Shown: in pieces, positions 9,592 through 19,557 of the stretch
Position numbering within the stretch: the first letter of the stretch is position 1
How the letters are laid out: each line of letters begins with the position of its first letter
NCBI GenBank assembly: GCA_965116875.1
Contig: OZ220733.1
Span: 5,280,001 to 5,344,000 of the forward strand
From: Candidatus Latescibacterota bacterium
GTDB taxonomy: Bacteria; Latescibacterota; UBA2968; GCA-2709665
Reading direction: 5' to 3'
Length of the DNA stretch: 64,000 nt
Notes under the pieces: model-generated
What the model saw: the letters and a program-made list of their open reading frames with translations, nothing else
Told to the model about the DNA's origin: nothing
Database searches by the model: none
Translations under genes and position numbers: made by a program

Positions 9592-9629
9592 GTAAATTCA
9601 AACGATCAGCGTAGACGACGAAAATCAAC

Positions 9630-9668
9630 AAGAACCCCCGACCTTTTCACAATGTCGGGGATCTTTTT
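9630..9668. terminator. Probable terminator downstream of trxA
   Basis: aagaacccccgac...gtcggggatcttt hairpin. Confidence 0.5.
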
Positions 9669-9814
9669 CGCCGCGATTTCCAAAACTGACACCTGGTCAC
9701 GCCAAGAAACATCGAACTCCAATGTAGCCCTGGATACAGTGTCCCTGGAAGAGAGTCCTGTATCCGCGGCCGTTGGAAGCCCGAAACGAAAATACGATCA
9801 ACGGACCCACGCGA

Positions 9815-10150
9815 CTATCGGCGCGCGTCGGTTAGTATCTCCTCAATGGAATCGACGAGCCGCTGTTTGGGTACGGCGCCGACCAGGCGGTCCACGACGT
9901 TTCCACTCTTGAAGAGCAGGAGCGTTGGCAGGCTCTGTATACCGTACCGGACCGCTGACGAATGGGATGTGTCGAAATCCAGCTTTCCGACTTTCAGCCG
10001 CCCGGCGTATTCAACTGCCAGTTTCTTTACGATCGGTTCGATAAGGCGGCACGGGCCGCACCAGTTGGCCCCGACGTCGACGAGCACGGGCCGGTCTGAG
10101 GAAATGACCTCCGTCTCAAAGGTCGCGTCCGTGAACATAGCGGGCGTCAC
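9815..10150 (-). CDS. trxA: Thioredoxin
   Basis: WCGPC active site; YGIQSLPTLLLFKSG. Confidence 0.92.
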   Translation of the reverse strand: MTPAMFTDATFETEVISSDRPVLVDVGANWCGPCRLIEPIVKKLAVEYAGRLKVGKLDFDTSHSSAVRYGIQSLPTLLLFKSGNVVDRLVGAVPKQRLVDSIEEILTDARR

Positions 10151-10407
10151 TGATCTAACCTCCTTGTTTTACGTGAGTTATTACTCGGATTGAGCCGGGA
10201 ATATGCCGGAAAGAAGAAATCCGGCCCGATGGACCGCACCCTGCCGAGATCGCACATCAGGCCGATATGCTGCGCATTGGGCGAAATCCTGCCGGTCTCC
10301 CAACGGGCGACGGTGGACTGGGGAACAGCGAGAATTTCTCCCAACTGCTGTTGAGTCATCCCAACGGCTTGTCTAAACTCCCGGATCCGCAGCCAGTCGA
10401 ACGGCAC
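10147..10407 (-). CDS. XRE-family HTH regulator overlapping trxA
   Basis: GMTQQQLG...VPQSTVARWETG; GTG 10407 after AGGAGG. Confidence 0.8.
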   Translation of the reverse strand: MPFDWLRIREFRQAVGMTQQQLGEILAVPQSTVARWETGRISPNAQHIGLMCDLGRVRSIGPDFFFPAYSRLNPSNNSRKTRRLDQ

Positions 10408-10441
10408 GAAACCCTCCTGCAATTATATCATTTTTGCTATA

Positions 10442-10470
10442 AAAGTAACCAAGCACATTGCTTCTGTCAA
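10442..10470 (-). promoter_or_regulatory. Sigma-70-type promoter
   Basis: TTGACA-17-TACTTT on the minus strand. Confidence 0.55.
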
Positions 10471-10809
10471 GGACGAATTCGTCCCTGGCATATTCATTGG
10501 TCTGGTTATGGAGATGGGTATCGCCGGCGCCGCTGGCCGGTCTCGGTTCAGAGGTACGGCGGATCCACGAGAGGACTACGGGTGCGGACGATTCGTTCGC
10601 GCGTGACTATGCGGCTATTTCGAGCCCCGTCTTCAGGATCGAATAACAAGTGTTCTATCGTTCCAATTCTTCTCGGACTTCTGCTTCGTCTCCCACGTTC
10701 GTCCAGCAGGTGACCCCGTGGATGAACATGAGCATGCGTTCGACCGCCAGAGCCGCCGATGCGGTCCAAAAACCAGGCCGATTCTGGACAGGCGCGTGCG
10801 CCCGTAAAA

Positions 10810-12060
10810 TCAGGCGTTCCGGAGCTGCTCGCGAATCCGTCGTTCGCCGAACTCGACAAAGGTTTCAGCCTGATTTTTCAGCAACTCGGCTTCATCACGC
10901 GTCTTCGTACCCTGGTATGACGCGACTGCAGCGTCGATCAGCGGTTTCCATTCGGGGAACCGGTCACTCGCCCATTTGCCGCATGAGAACTTCGATAAAA
11001 CGACGTTACGCTCCCGGACGCTGAACATAATCCGGCACATGTTGAGGACGCAGTAGTCGGGGTATTTAAGGTTCTGCTGGATGAACGTCAACTCGTGCTC
11101 GAGAGCAGTCGTGATTTCGACCCACGACGGCGCCGGAAAGATATTCTTAGGAGGCGGACCATAGAGCGTAATGAAACGCTTTGCCCTGATATGCGCGCAA
11201 TGCAGCGACCATGATTCGTCCCGTATTTCGGGCTGCAACTGGTGGGTCGGCGGACGCGTTTTGACGGCATCCTCGTACAGGATGAAATAGGCGTCCAATT
11301 CTTCACCCAGTGGCGGAAAGCGCTCCGAAAGATCCCTCTGCAGTTGAAGAATTTCGTCCGTAACCCCATCCCTCAGCGAGTCTTCCAGGATCACATGGCA
11401 GTCCACGTCCTGTATCGGTCCCGAGTCCGGAAATACGGATGCTCCGTGCATATAGATGCCGTGCAGGTTCGCACTGAGAATATCTTCAAGACCGCCAACG
11501 AAGGCATGGCAGACCTCTCTGACGGTTGAGGGGAGTTGTTCGAACTTCATAGGGCAGGATGTTTCACCTAGCGTGTGACAGCGTCTTTCGAGCGACGTGG
11601 AGATGCTTTTCTTCAAGGTATACCGCACTTCTTCATAGCCGTCTTTCCGTTCGACCTCTCCGCGTTTCCATCCGAGATGTTCGTAGAACCCCTCGGCGCG
11701 GGTGTTTGTTTCCGTTTCCAGCCAAAGCGCCTCCGCTCCGCTTCTCCACAGCCAGTCAACCGCTGCTTCCAGCAGCCTTCGTCCGATGCCGAGGCCTTCG
11801 TATGCCGGCAGGACGAATAGCGCCCAAATGGACGCCGATTTCACGTTCGCGATACAGAATCCGACAATACGGTCGCCGGCTTCGGCCACCCAACACCTGC
11901 CATCGGTCCGCAGCAGTTCCGCGGCACGCTCAGGCGTTATTCCGGACGCCGCCAGTTCGGCCTCCGTCATCGCGTTTTCCGTGGCCGCTGTGCGGATTTC
12001 GAATAGTGCGGGTATGTCGGCGGTGATGGCTTCACGGATATGAATCTGATCTGTGCTCAT
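10810..12060 (-). CDS. GNAT acetyltransferase fused to an aminoglycoside-adenylyltransferase-like (DUF4111) domain
   Basis: LFVLPAYEGLGIGRRLL; GIYMHGAS..QDVD; YCVLNMCRI...VLSK...WA. Confidence 0.75.
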   Translation of the reverse strand: MSTDQIHIREAITADIPALFEIRTAATENAMTEAELAASGITPERAAELLRTDGRCWVAEAGDRIVGFCIANVKSASIWALFVLPAYEGLGIGRRLLEAAVDWLWRSGAEALWLETETNTRAEGFYEHLGWKRGEVERKDGYEEVRYTLKKSISTSLERRCHTLGETSCPMKFEQLPSTVREVCHAFVGGLEDILSANLHGIYMHGASVFPDSGPIQDVDCHVILEDSLRDGVTDEILQLQRDLSERFPPLGEELDAYFILYEDAVKTRPPTHQLQPEIRDESWSLHCAHIRAKRFITLYGPPPKNIFPAPSWVEITTALEHELTFIQQNLKYPDYCVLNMCRIMFSVRERNVVLSKFSCGKWASDRFPEWKPLIDAAVASYQGTKTRDEAELLKNQAETFVEFGERRIREQLRNA

Positions 12061-12188
12061 TTCATTCGTTCCGATGAAATTTGGAGTCCAGCCGAGGGGA
12101 CACGGGGTGCCGGATTCGGGCGCTACACGCGCAGATCAACTGAATACGCGACTCGTCTACTTCAAGGCCGAGATGACTGAATCCAGCC

Positions 12189-12554
12189 TCACGAGCCGCG
12201 ACCTTCTCGCGTCACCGATGCCTTGAAGAATCGCTCCTGGAATTTGGTCAACTCCTGGATCTGTTCATCGGAAAAGTCCTTGCCGGGAGGCGCGACAACG
12301 AGTTTGTCATCGTCGTCGTCCGATCGTCGAATGACCGCGATGCATGTGCCCGTAAAGGTCGTGATCGGTTTCGCGACACCCAGAATATAGGCGTCCAGGC
12401 CTTCGCCGTCAGGCGCCGGCACGCCCGGGAGAAATCCGTAGTTGACAGGATAGACGAACCCGCCATCAGGATGCCGGGATCCGAGCGGCCGATCGACCGA
12501 GACCCGGACCGTCTTGCCGATGAACGTCCTCGCATCCGCGAATTCGCGCGTCAT
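12189..12554 (-). CDS. Short inorganic pyrophosphatase-like protein
   Basis: YPVNYGF..DGEGLDAY..DDDDKLVV. Confidence 0.8.
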   Translation of the reverse strand: MTREFADARTFIGKTVRVSVDRPLGSRHPDGGFVYPVNYGFLPGVPAPDGEGLDAYILGVAKPITTFTGTCIAVIRRSDDDDDKLVVAPPGKDFSDEQIQELTKFQERFFKASVTREGRGS

Positions 12555-12593
12555 ATTCCATGGATTTCCAGCGATATGCGGTCTCTTGCGACT

Positions 12594-12938
12594 TCACGTG
12601 GAGTCATAAATGCAGGCATCCAGAATACTCAACACTTCATTGAGTACGGACTGAGGTGCTTGTGATACCCGTTTCACGTTCCGGCTCTTGTAGTCAACTG
12701 ATTTGATCTGCTCAACCATAACGTATCCGCTGACGGCCTGCCCTTCCGGAATGGAAACATGAAAGGGGATATTCCTGAAGGTGCTCGTGATCGGGCAGAC
12801 CATCGCAAGACCCGTATGTCTGTTGAACAACGTCCGACTGATTACCAGCGCGGGACGACGGCCCATCTGCTCATGTCCTCGCTGCGGATCAAAACTCACA
12901 ACGACGAAATCGCCTTTATCGGGAACATATTCCGGCAT
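12594..12938 (-). CDS. mazF: MazF/PemK toxin
   Basis: FDPQRGHEQMGRRPALVIS...CPITST. Confidence 0.93.
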   Translation of the reverse strand: MPEYVPDKGDFVVVSFDPQRGHEQMGRRPALVISRTLFNRHTGLAMVCPITSTFRNIPFHVSIPEGQAVSGYVMVEQIKSVDYKSRNVKRVSQAPQSVLNEVLSILDACIYDST

Positions 12939-13187
12939 CTACCAGGCCTCTTTCCCTGTGGGCGCTCCCCAATCCGTTTCTTCGACCCGATAGTTCGAAG
13001 GCATCCTGGCAACGAGTTCGAGCAAATCGTATCTCCCCCTCACTTTAGTCAACGGTTCGACGATGATCTGTCCATCTTTGACGGAGACGTTGACCTGATC
13101 TCCAACGTTGATTCCGGCTTCCGTCATAATCTCTTTGGAGAAACGGAGTCCCTGGCTGTTACCCCATTTTTGTACTCTGGTCACCAT
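12939..13187 (-). CDS. mazE: MazE/AbrB antitoxin
   Basis: VQKWGNSQGLRF...DWGAPTGKEAW; ATG 13187. Confidence 0.92.
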   Translation of the reverse strand: MVTRVQKWGNSQGLRFSKEIMTEAGINVGDQVNVSVKDGQIIVEPLTKVRGRYDLLELVARMPSNYRVEETDWGAPTGKEAW

Positions 13188-13216
13188 CGGCTGCCTCCTT
13201 GAATTCCGAAGATCCA

Positions 13217-13243
13217 CAATGTATATACTGAGTATATACATTG
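13217..13243. promoter_or_regulatory. Probable mazEF operator palindrome
   Basis: Perfect 13-1-13 inverted repeat caatgtatatact-g-agtatatacattg, 30 bp upstream of mazE. Confidence 0.8.
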
Positions 13244-13406
13244 ATTCGTCAGATTGCAAGAGTTTCTGTATAAATCGGGTTGTGGGTCTGGCGAGTCCGA
13301 TCGGTTTCACCCTGTCAGATTCACCATTTGAACGTGAGTATCATCTTCGTCGACGATCTTGAATCCGAGCCCCCCGGTAGAATGCGACGGCGAGGATGCT
13401 GTGCGG

Positions 13407-13997
13407 TCATCCCCCGCCACTGGATTCCTCATCCCAAATGCCGGTGCAAATCTCAACCAGACGAAAATCGGGTCGTGAAAGCACGACCCAGGACGGCAGT
13501 CCCAGCTTCTTCCACAAAGCAAACGGTTCCAATTCTGAATTGCGGCTCACGAACAGGCTCAGCACGGTCCCATGGGTGACGATCGCGATGTTTTCCTCCC
13601 GATAGCGGTCTGTAAGTTTGCGTACGCCTTTCGAAAACCTGACATGCGCGCTATCAGCGGTTTCCTCACCGAAAACCAGATCGGAGGGCTGCTTGTAGAA
13701 TCGTCTGATCGATTGCTCGAATCGCTCCTCTTCCAGGAAGCCGACGTTACCGCGCTCATGTTCATGCAGTCCTTCCACAACTTCCATCGGAATCTTTATC
13801 ATGCCGGATGCAACTTCAGCCGTTTCCATCGCCTTGGGTTCATTGCTGCTGACTACGAGATCCAGATTGTACCGGTCCAATCGCTCACCAAGTATCCGCG
13901 CGCGCTGCCGCCCTTCGCAGGAAAGTCGCCATTCCTTCGCGGGTACGGACGAATCGATCTCCGGCAAAGAGTGCTTTACGAGAATGAGTGTTTGCAT
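13407..13997 (-). CDS. Histidine phosphatase family protein
   Basis: LILVKHS, SSNEPKAMETA, LHEH, IVTHG. Confidence 0.8.
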   Translation of the reverse strand: MQTLILVKHSLPEIDSSVPAKEWRLSCEGRQRARILGERLDRYNLDLVVSSNEPKAMETAEVASGMIKIPMEVVEGLHEHERGNVGFLEEERFEQSIRRFYKQPSDLVFGEETADSAHVRFSKGVRKLTDRYREENIAIVTHGTVLSLFVSRNSELEPFALWKKLGLPSWVVLSRPDFRLVEICTGIWDEESSGGG

Positions 13998-14040
13998 GAA
14001 GGCGCGATGGGATTGCCGAACACCTGTTGCGAGACCTGAG

Positions 14041-14316
14041 CTATTTCAGGTTCAGAGTCAGTTCTTTACCCAATGCCCTGGCGGCTTTTCTCAGCGTAGA
14101 CAACCGAATGTCCCCCGCACGGTTCTCCAGGCGGGAAATCGCTGTTTTCTTCGTATGCATCAACCTGGCGAGTTGCTCCTGCGTCAAACCGGCTTCCTGT
14201 CGTGCCTGCCGAAGCAAAACGCCGAATTCGAACTCCTTGTACCCTTCCTCGAATCCCTCTGCAAATTCGGGATCGGTCTGTTTTCGGCGCGCAATATACC
14301 GCTCTATATCACTCAT
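14041..14316 (-). CDS. XRE HTH antitoxin-like protein; no toxin upstream
   Basis: DPEFAEGFEEGY..LRQARQEAGLTQEQLA..TAISRLEN. Confidence 0.85.
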   Translation of the reverse strand: MSDIERYIARRKQTDPEFAEGFEEGYKEFEFGVLLRQARQEAGLTQEQLARLMHTKKTAISRLENRAGDIRLSTLRKAARALGKELTLNLK

Positions 14317-14500
14317 GAATCCGGCTCCTTGCACGGTGTTTCAAGAGAATACGGACAGTCCGTTTTTTGTGTCTGAACGCTGAAATTAAGCGCTTAGGAA
14401 GATAACATATTTGTTAACCTCTGGCAACAAAAAATCCGCCGAAGACAAGCCTGATGTGCGTGGCGGAGTTACGGATCGGAATTCGGCGTCCGACTCCCTC

Positions 14501-14974
14501 TCACTGGTCCACGTCAACCGGTCTCCAAGGCGGTCCGTTCCGGGTTAAACTCTCAAGGAGGGAATGAAGGTCGCGTGGCGAAAACGTCTCTTCAGATCTG
14601 CCGATGTCTTCGACAGACCACCATCGGAACTCGCGGAAGGCTGAGGCCTCGCCCTGAGCCGGATTCCCGTCCATGACGGGTACGAATGGGTCCGTCTGAA
14701 CCCGATAGAAGTACTCGTTCTGGCTGTAGTCGCGGTTGTCCCACGTGAATTCAACTCTCCTGGTCCAGACCAGTCGATCCACAGAGAATCTCGTCGCGCC
14801 AGTCTCCTCGGCGACCTCCCGGCGAAGCGCATCCTCATCAGACTCACCCGGTTCAAGTCCTCCACCGGGAGTCACCCAGAACTCGATTCCGGATACGGGC
14901 TCCTGCACCCTCATCAGCAGGACATGACGGTCCGGCGTCAACATCACCGCCCTTACGACTCTTCTCCTGATCAT
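14501..14974 (-). CDS. NUDIX hydrolase
   Basis: PGGGLEPGESDEDALRREVAEETG. Confidence 0.9.
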   Translation of the reverse strand: MIRRRVVRAVMLTPDRHVLLMRVQEPVSGIEFWVTPGGGLEPGESDEDALRREVAEETGATRFSVDRLVWTRRVEFTWDNRDYSQNEYFYRVQTDPFVPVMDGNPAQGEASAFREFRWWSVEDIGRSEETFSPRDLHSLLESLTRNGPPWRPVDVDQ

Positions 14975-15020
14975 CGTTCTTCCGTTTCGGCGCGTTCGTT
15001 CCAGCGATTTGGTTCGACCA

Positions 15021-15977
15021 TCAGGTTACCAGCTTTCGATCCGGACTTCCGTTTGCAAGGACCTGCGACGCCAGGTCATCGAGTAGCGCCCGGACACTGC
15101 GCTGGTCCCCATCGATGAAGAGCGGGGCCAGGGGACCGCGTCCGTGCAGGGTTTGCAGCAATGCGTCGATCATCAACATGCGCTGTTCCGGAGTACCGCA
15201 TGCCGCCCAGGACCGCATGAAGTCTCGCGCCGGCTGCGGGTTGCCCGTGGTCAATGCCTTCGCGCTCTTGCGCCAGGCCTGCCAGGTGAAGACGTGACCG
15301 CAGCCACCGCATTGGAGTCTTTCGTCGCGTCTCTTGAGCCCTTTCCGATAATCCCTCCACCTGCGCCTGTACCCACAACCGTCACATTGAATTTCCCCGC
15401 CAGTGTGCCGAGCTTTACCCTGGCACTTGGGACACCGCAACCGTTCATCCGTGGATTGACGGTCTCGCCATTTACGGCCGGAACCCTCCGGTTTGCGAAT
15501 CAGTCCGTGGCATGAAGGACAGGGAAGCCGGACGCGGGATCCAACGGAACGGTGGTACGCCCTGGGATCCCATTCCTTCCCACATTCGCACCGTAACGGA
15601 TCTTCCCCTCTCAACAATCTCCGGCAGTCAAAACAGCGGGGCTGTTCGCGAAGCGCCTTTCGACACTCCGTCCATAGGAGGCGGCTTGAGCAATGCGGAC
15701 AGTGAAACCAGCGTCCACGTTCGCCGTGCCAGCCCAGGCCGTAGAGGGGATCTATTCGGCGCTGCACTCGTGTCCGGCATTGGGGACACGCCACCCGACC
15801 ATTCTGGAATGCGTCGGCGACAGTCGCAATGTCCGCACTACGCGCATAAAGTGACGTCCCGACGTCATCGAGCGCATCTTCATCGTATATACCCATGCCG
15901 GCGTAGCGATAGAGACGCCGGATTCGAGCCTGTCTCACGCGAGGCGCCCATTTCGAGGAAATCTCATTCGGTTGCAT
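15021..15977 (-). CDS. Hypothetical multi-CxxC (zinc-ribbon repeat) protein
   Basis: Eight Cys pairs (CPQC, CPHC, CFDC, CEC, CPSC, CPKC, CDGC, CGGC). Confidence 0.7.
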   Translation of the reverse strand: MQPNEISSKWAPRVRQARIRRLYRYAGMGIYDEDALDDVGTSLYARSADIATVADAFQNGRVACPQCRTRVQRRIDPLYGLGWHGERGRWFHCPHCSSRLLWTECRKALREQPRCFDCRRLLRGEDPLRCECGKEWDPRAYHRSVGSRVRLPCPSCHGLIRKPEGSGRKWRDRQSTDERLRCPKCQGKARHTGGEIQCDGCGYRRRWRDYRKGLKRRDERLQCGGCGHVFTWQAWRKSAKALTTGNPQPARDFMRSWAACGTPEQRMLMIDALLQTLHGRGPLAPLFIDGDQRSVRALLDDLASQVLANGSPDRKLVT

Positions 15978-16461
15978 AGCGGTGTGTCCTGTCTTGTCGG
16001 TCGATTCGCCGGGTTAACACCATCGTCTCTTGAGAACGTCGAAAACTACTGAGGGAATATGGTCTCAAAACGCCCCAAAATCAAGTCCCCCCTCCCCCGT
16101 TTCTGCATCCGGAATCCGGGAAGAGGCATGTAAACCTTATTGATATTTAACGTTTTATGAGCATTATAGAAAAACGCAGAATTCCGGCGAATACTCACAC
16201 TCTAAGGCTCGCGAGCCGTACGGCCGGACGGGAGGGAAAGTTCGGGAGGTGGAGGGACGTTTGTAGTAGAATCTGGAAAATACGGTGGGAACTTTCGTGG
16301 GATTCGCGGGGATCAACGCAGGTCTAATGTGCGCTCGTGTGGCGTAGATCGAAGCGCCGTTTATCTGCAGAATCCTGCAAATCGGACTGATACACAGTTC
16401 AAATTGGGATCAGTACAACGGCAGATACAAGTACGTACCGATTCGCGCCGCTCTCCCGAAA

Positions 16462-18984
16462 TCACTCATGCCGCAGAACATCCGCCGGATTGGCGCGGGC
16501 GGCTTTGCCGGCGTGCCAAACCACCGTCAGCAGAGCCAAGCCTAGCGCCAATGCGCCCGCTAGCGCAAAGGACCACCAGCCAACGTCGACCCGATAAGCG
16601 AAGTTCTCTAGCCACCTCTCTGCGCCAAAATACGTGACAGGCCAAGCTATAGCGACGGCGATGATCACCAATACGACGAAATCTCCGGATACAACAGCAA
16701 TAACGCTGGTAGTGGATGCTCCCGAAACTTTCCGAATACCAATTTCCCGGCTGCGCCTCTCAACGGTAAATGAAGCAAGGCCAAATAGTCCAAGAAGGGC
16801 GATTAAGATAGCCAGTCCCGAAAATGCGCCGAAGACGCGCATCACTCGCGTCTCGTCTTGATATAGCTGATCGAAATCAAAATACGTGTCCAGCAACGTA
16901 TAGTGAAAATGTATCGAGAGCGCCAATTCAGCACATTTGTCGCGCAGGAACGAGAGAGAGCCGACAATAGTACCGGGGCGGAATCTTACTACGAGATCCA
17001 GAGCCTGCGAGACACCCCTTGGATCCATATTGAGGCGCAACGCCACCGGTACGATCTTGTGGTGCAGCGACCGGATATGGAAATCCTGCACAATACCCAC
17101 GATAGTGCCAGTCGTTTCGATTTCGTCGCTCCAATTCATATGTACCGTCTGACCGGTCTCTGTACCAATACCCATCAACCGGGCGGCCGACTCGTTAAAT
17201 ATGACTCCGTCATAGGACGGGGTCGCAAAAATGGACCCGAAACTCTGCCCGGCGATCAGTTCGATTCCTAATGTCTCCAGGTAATCCTGATCGATATACA
17301 TTGTGTAGATTTCCGCCGGTCTGCCTTCAGGCGCGTCCATCAACGTATACACATTTCTGCTCCTTGAGTCCTTACCGGGAACATCTGTCGTAAGTGACAC
17401 ACTGAGGATATTTGGGTTTCGCTTCAGTTCGCTCTTTATGGTGCGGACACGGCGCTCTAATGAACGCGCATAATTCTCGATTTCAGCTACAATTGACACG
17501 CTGCGGATATTCAGGTTTCGATTCGGTTCGTTCTCTATGTCCCTGATGCGGCGCTGTAAGGAAAGCTGCAAATCGTTATCGATTTCCGGCGTAGCGAGTA
17601 CAACGACATTTCGTCTATCAAAGCCAAGGTTCTTGTATTTAGTGAAATGCAACTGCCTCATCACCACGACTGTTACCCCAATCAGACCTATGGAGATTGC
17701 GAATTGGAAGACGATTAGGCCCTTTCGAAATTCTGCGCTCCTGGGTGTAGCTCTTGACAGGTCCTTCATCATCACAATGGGGCTGACATACGAAAGGAAA
17801 AACGCCGGATAGCTCCCCGCCAGCATGCCGACAACCAATGCCCCCACGCTCAACGTACAAAGAAAGCGTACGCTGTAGGTTATCGCCAGAGACCTGCCGA
17901 CGACGCCGTTCAGGATCGGTAGAAGCATCTCCGTAAGCATGACGGCAGCGGCAAATGCGATTACCGCAACAATAACTGCTTCGCCCAGATACTGGCGTAT
18001 CAGTTGCCTGCGGTGCGCTCCCATGACCTTGCGCAGACCCGCTTCCCGCGCCCGGTTGGCTGAACGCGCCGTCGCCAGATTCATATAGTTCGCGCAGGCG
18101 ATCAACAGGACGAGAACACCGATTGAAACAAACAGGTACAGTTCCTTGATATCACGATTGGCCCCGAGTTCATCATCCAGATTGGAATGCAAGTGGATAT
18201 CTGTAAGAGGCATAAGGCGGCACGGCATACTGGACATCCGTACGTGCGAAGCGGAATTGTCGCCTGCATCGTCTGGTGTGAACTGATGCGGAAGCCAGAC
18301 ACTGATTTTTTCTGCCAGTTTACCATGTAATGCGTTCTCACCGAGGACAAGATATGTGTATGCGATACCGTGCTGCCAATCACCGTAAGGATAGGCTGCG
18401 TAAGGTACCAGTCCCTGGAAGGAAAAGTGGGTGTGCCGCGGAAGTTCGCCAAGTACGCCGGTGACCTTCACCGTTCTCTCAGATGAGTAGCCTGCGTGTA
18501 TTCTCAATGCCTTTCCCATGGGATCCACGTCGCCGAAGTAGCGTTTTGCCATGTCCCGGGAGATTACGATCGCATCAGGCGACGTCAGAGCGGTACCCGG
18601 GTCTCCCTGAACAATTGAAAACGAGAATACGTCGAAGAAGTTCGAGCTCGCATACAACAACCCTTCTTCGGAAAATTCCCGGTCCTGAAATGCCATCCGG
18701 GTACCCGTCATTCGCTTAACTCGGACGGCCTGTTCAATATCGGGAAAATCCGAAACGAGCTTAGGGCCGAGATGCGCAAAAGTCGATGGGCGATTCCATG
18801 TCGAGAATCTAAAAATTCGGTCGGCGTTCCGGTGAAAACGGTCGTATCGAAATTCATCCTCTATCAGCAACCCGATCATCAGGCAGCACGCGATCCCGAC
18901 CGAAAGCCCGGCAATATTGATCGCCGAGTAGAGCTTGTAGCGACGCATGTTGCGAACAGTGATGAGAAGCACGTTTCGGAACAT
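16462..18984 (-). CDS. ABC transporter permease, FtsX/MacB type (paralogue A)
   Basis: YSAINIAGL, IACANYMNLATARS..RAREAGLRKVMGA, ERRSREIGIRKV, ANPADVLRHE. Confidence 0.92.
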   Translation of the reverse strand: MFRNVLLITVRNMRRYKLYSAINIAGLSVGIACCLMIGLLIEDEFRYDRFHRNADRIFRFSTWNRPSTFAHLGPKLVSDFPDIEQAVRVKRMTGTRMAFQDREFSEEGLLYASSNFFDVFSFSIVQGDPGTALTSPDAIVISRDMAKRYFGDVDPMGKALRIHAGYSSERTVKVTGVLGELPRHTHFSFQGLVPYAAYPYGDWQHGIAYTYLVLGENALHGKLAEKISVWLPHQFTPDDAGDNSASHVRMSSMPCRLMPLTDIHLHSNLDDELGANRDIKELYLFVSIGVLVLLIACANYMNLATARSANRAREAGLRKVMGAHRRQLIRQYLGEAVIVAVIAFAAAVMLTEMLLPILNGVVGRSLAITYSVRFLCTLSVGALVVGMLAGSYPAFFLSYVSPIVMMKDLSRATPRSAEFRKGLIVFQFAISIGLIGVTVVVMRQLHFTKYKNLGFDRRNVVVLATPEIDNDLQLSLQRRIRDIENEPNRNLNIRSVSIVAEIENYARSLERRVRTIKSELKRNPNILSVSLTTDVPGKDSRSRNVYTLMDAPEGRPAEIYTMYIDQDYLETLGIELIAGQSFGSIFATPSYDGVIFNESAARLMGIGTETGQTVHMNWSDEIETTGTIVGIVQDFHIRSLHHKIVPVALRLNMDPRGVSQALDLVVRFRPGTIVGSLSFLRDKCAELALSIHFHYTLLDTYFDFDQLYQDETRVMRVFGAFSGLAILIALLGLFGLASFTVERRSREIGIRKVSGASTTSVIAVVSGDFVVLVIIAVAIAWPVTYFGAERWLENFAYRVDVGWWSFALAGALALGLALLTVVWHAGKAARANPADVLRHE

Positions 18985-19062
18985 AACCGGCGACACCCAT
19001 TGATCTGCGTAGCGGTCTCTAGAATTGACACATACGGCAAATGACAGATTAATCCAGTAAAA

Positions 19063-19180
19063 TCAAAAACCGTGCCAAATCACTATGTGCAATTTTTACA
19101 GGGAGTTATATAATGGACAAGACGAGGGGACCACCAGTTAGTGTCTGATAATGATACAGTGATATCCGAAAATGGACACT
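19063..19180 (-). promoter_or_regulatory. Sigma-54-type promoter with upstream enhancer, copy 1
   Basis: TGGCACGGTTTTTGA at 19063-19077; tandem dyads at 19141-19180. Confidence 0.65.
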
Positions 19181-19557
19181 CATGAGGTGTCGTAGAAGAC
19201 TCGCGTGAGTCGAGTTTTCTCGCGCAGGTCTTTCGGGAATGGGCTCTTGCGACCTTACTGTGTCGTGCCGACTGTCACTGGCGATTTGGCAATTCGTGAT
19301 GTCAATTGCACGAAGTCTGACCTTGCAAGGTAAACCTCCAGATGCACCTTGCGTGCCGAGTCGTTTACGCCGCAAGTGGGCCCTGTTGCGACTGTTGAAG
19401 GCCTTATCGACGGCACGGCAAACGATACAGAGATCGCCGCAGAAGAAACCAAGTCGGTCATGTCGGTGACTGCAATGAGACCATCTCTACGCCTCTCGAC
19501 AACGAAAAGGTACGTAGCAGGTTCGAGTACACAACGGTTTGTCTGGATTTGCAATTG

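Noticed and set aside
10648-10760. Minus-strand fragment ERMLMFIHGV resembling class II tRNA-synthetase motif 3
   Set aside because: Too short to support any call
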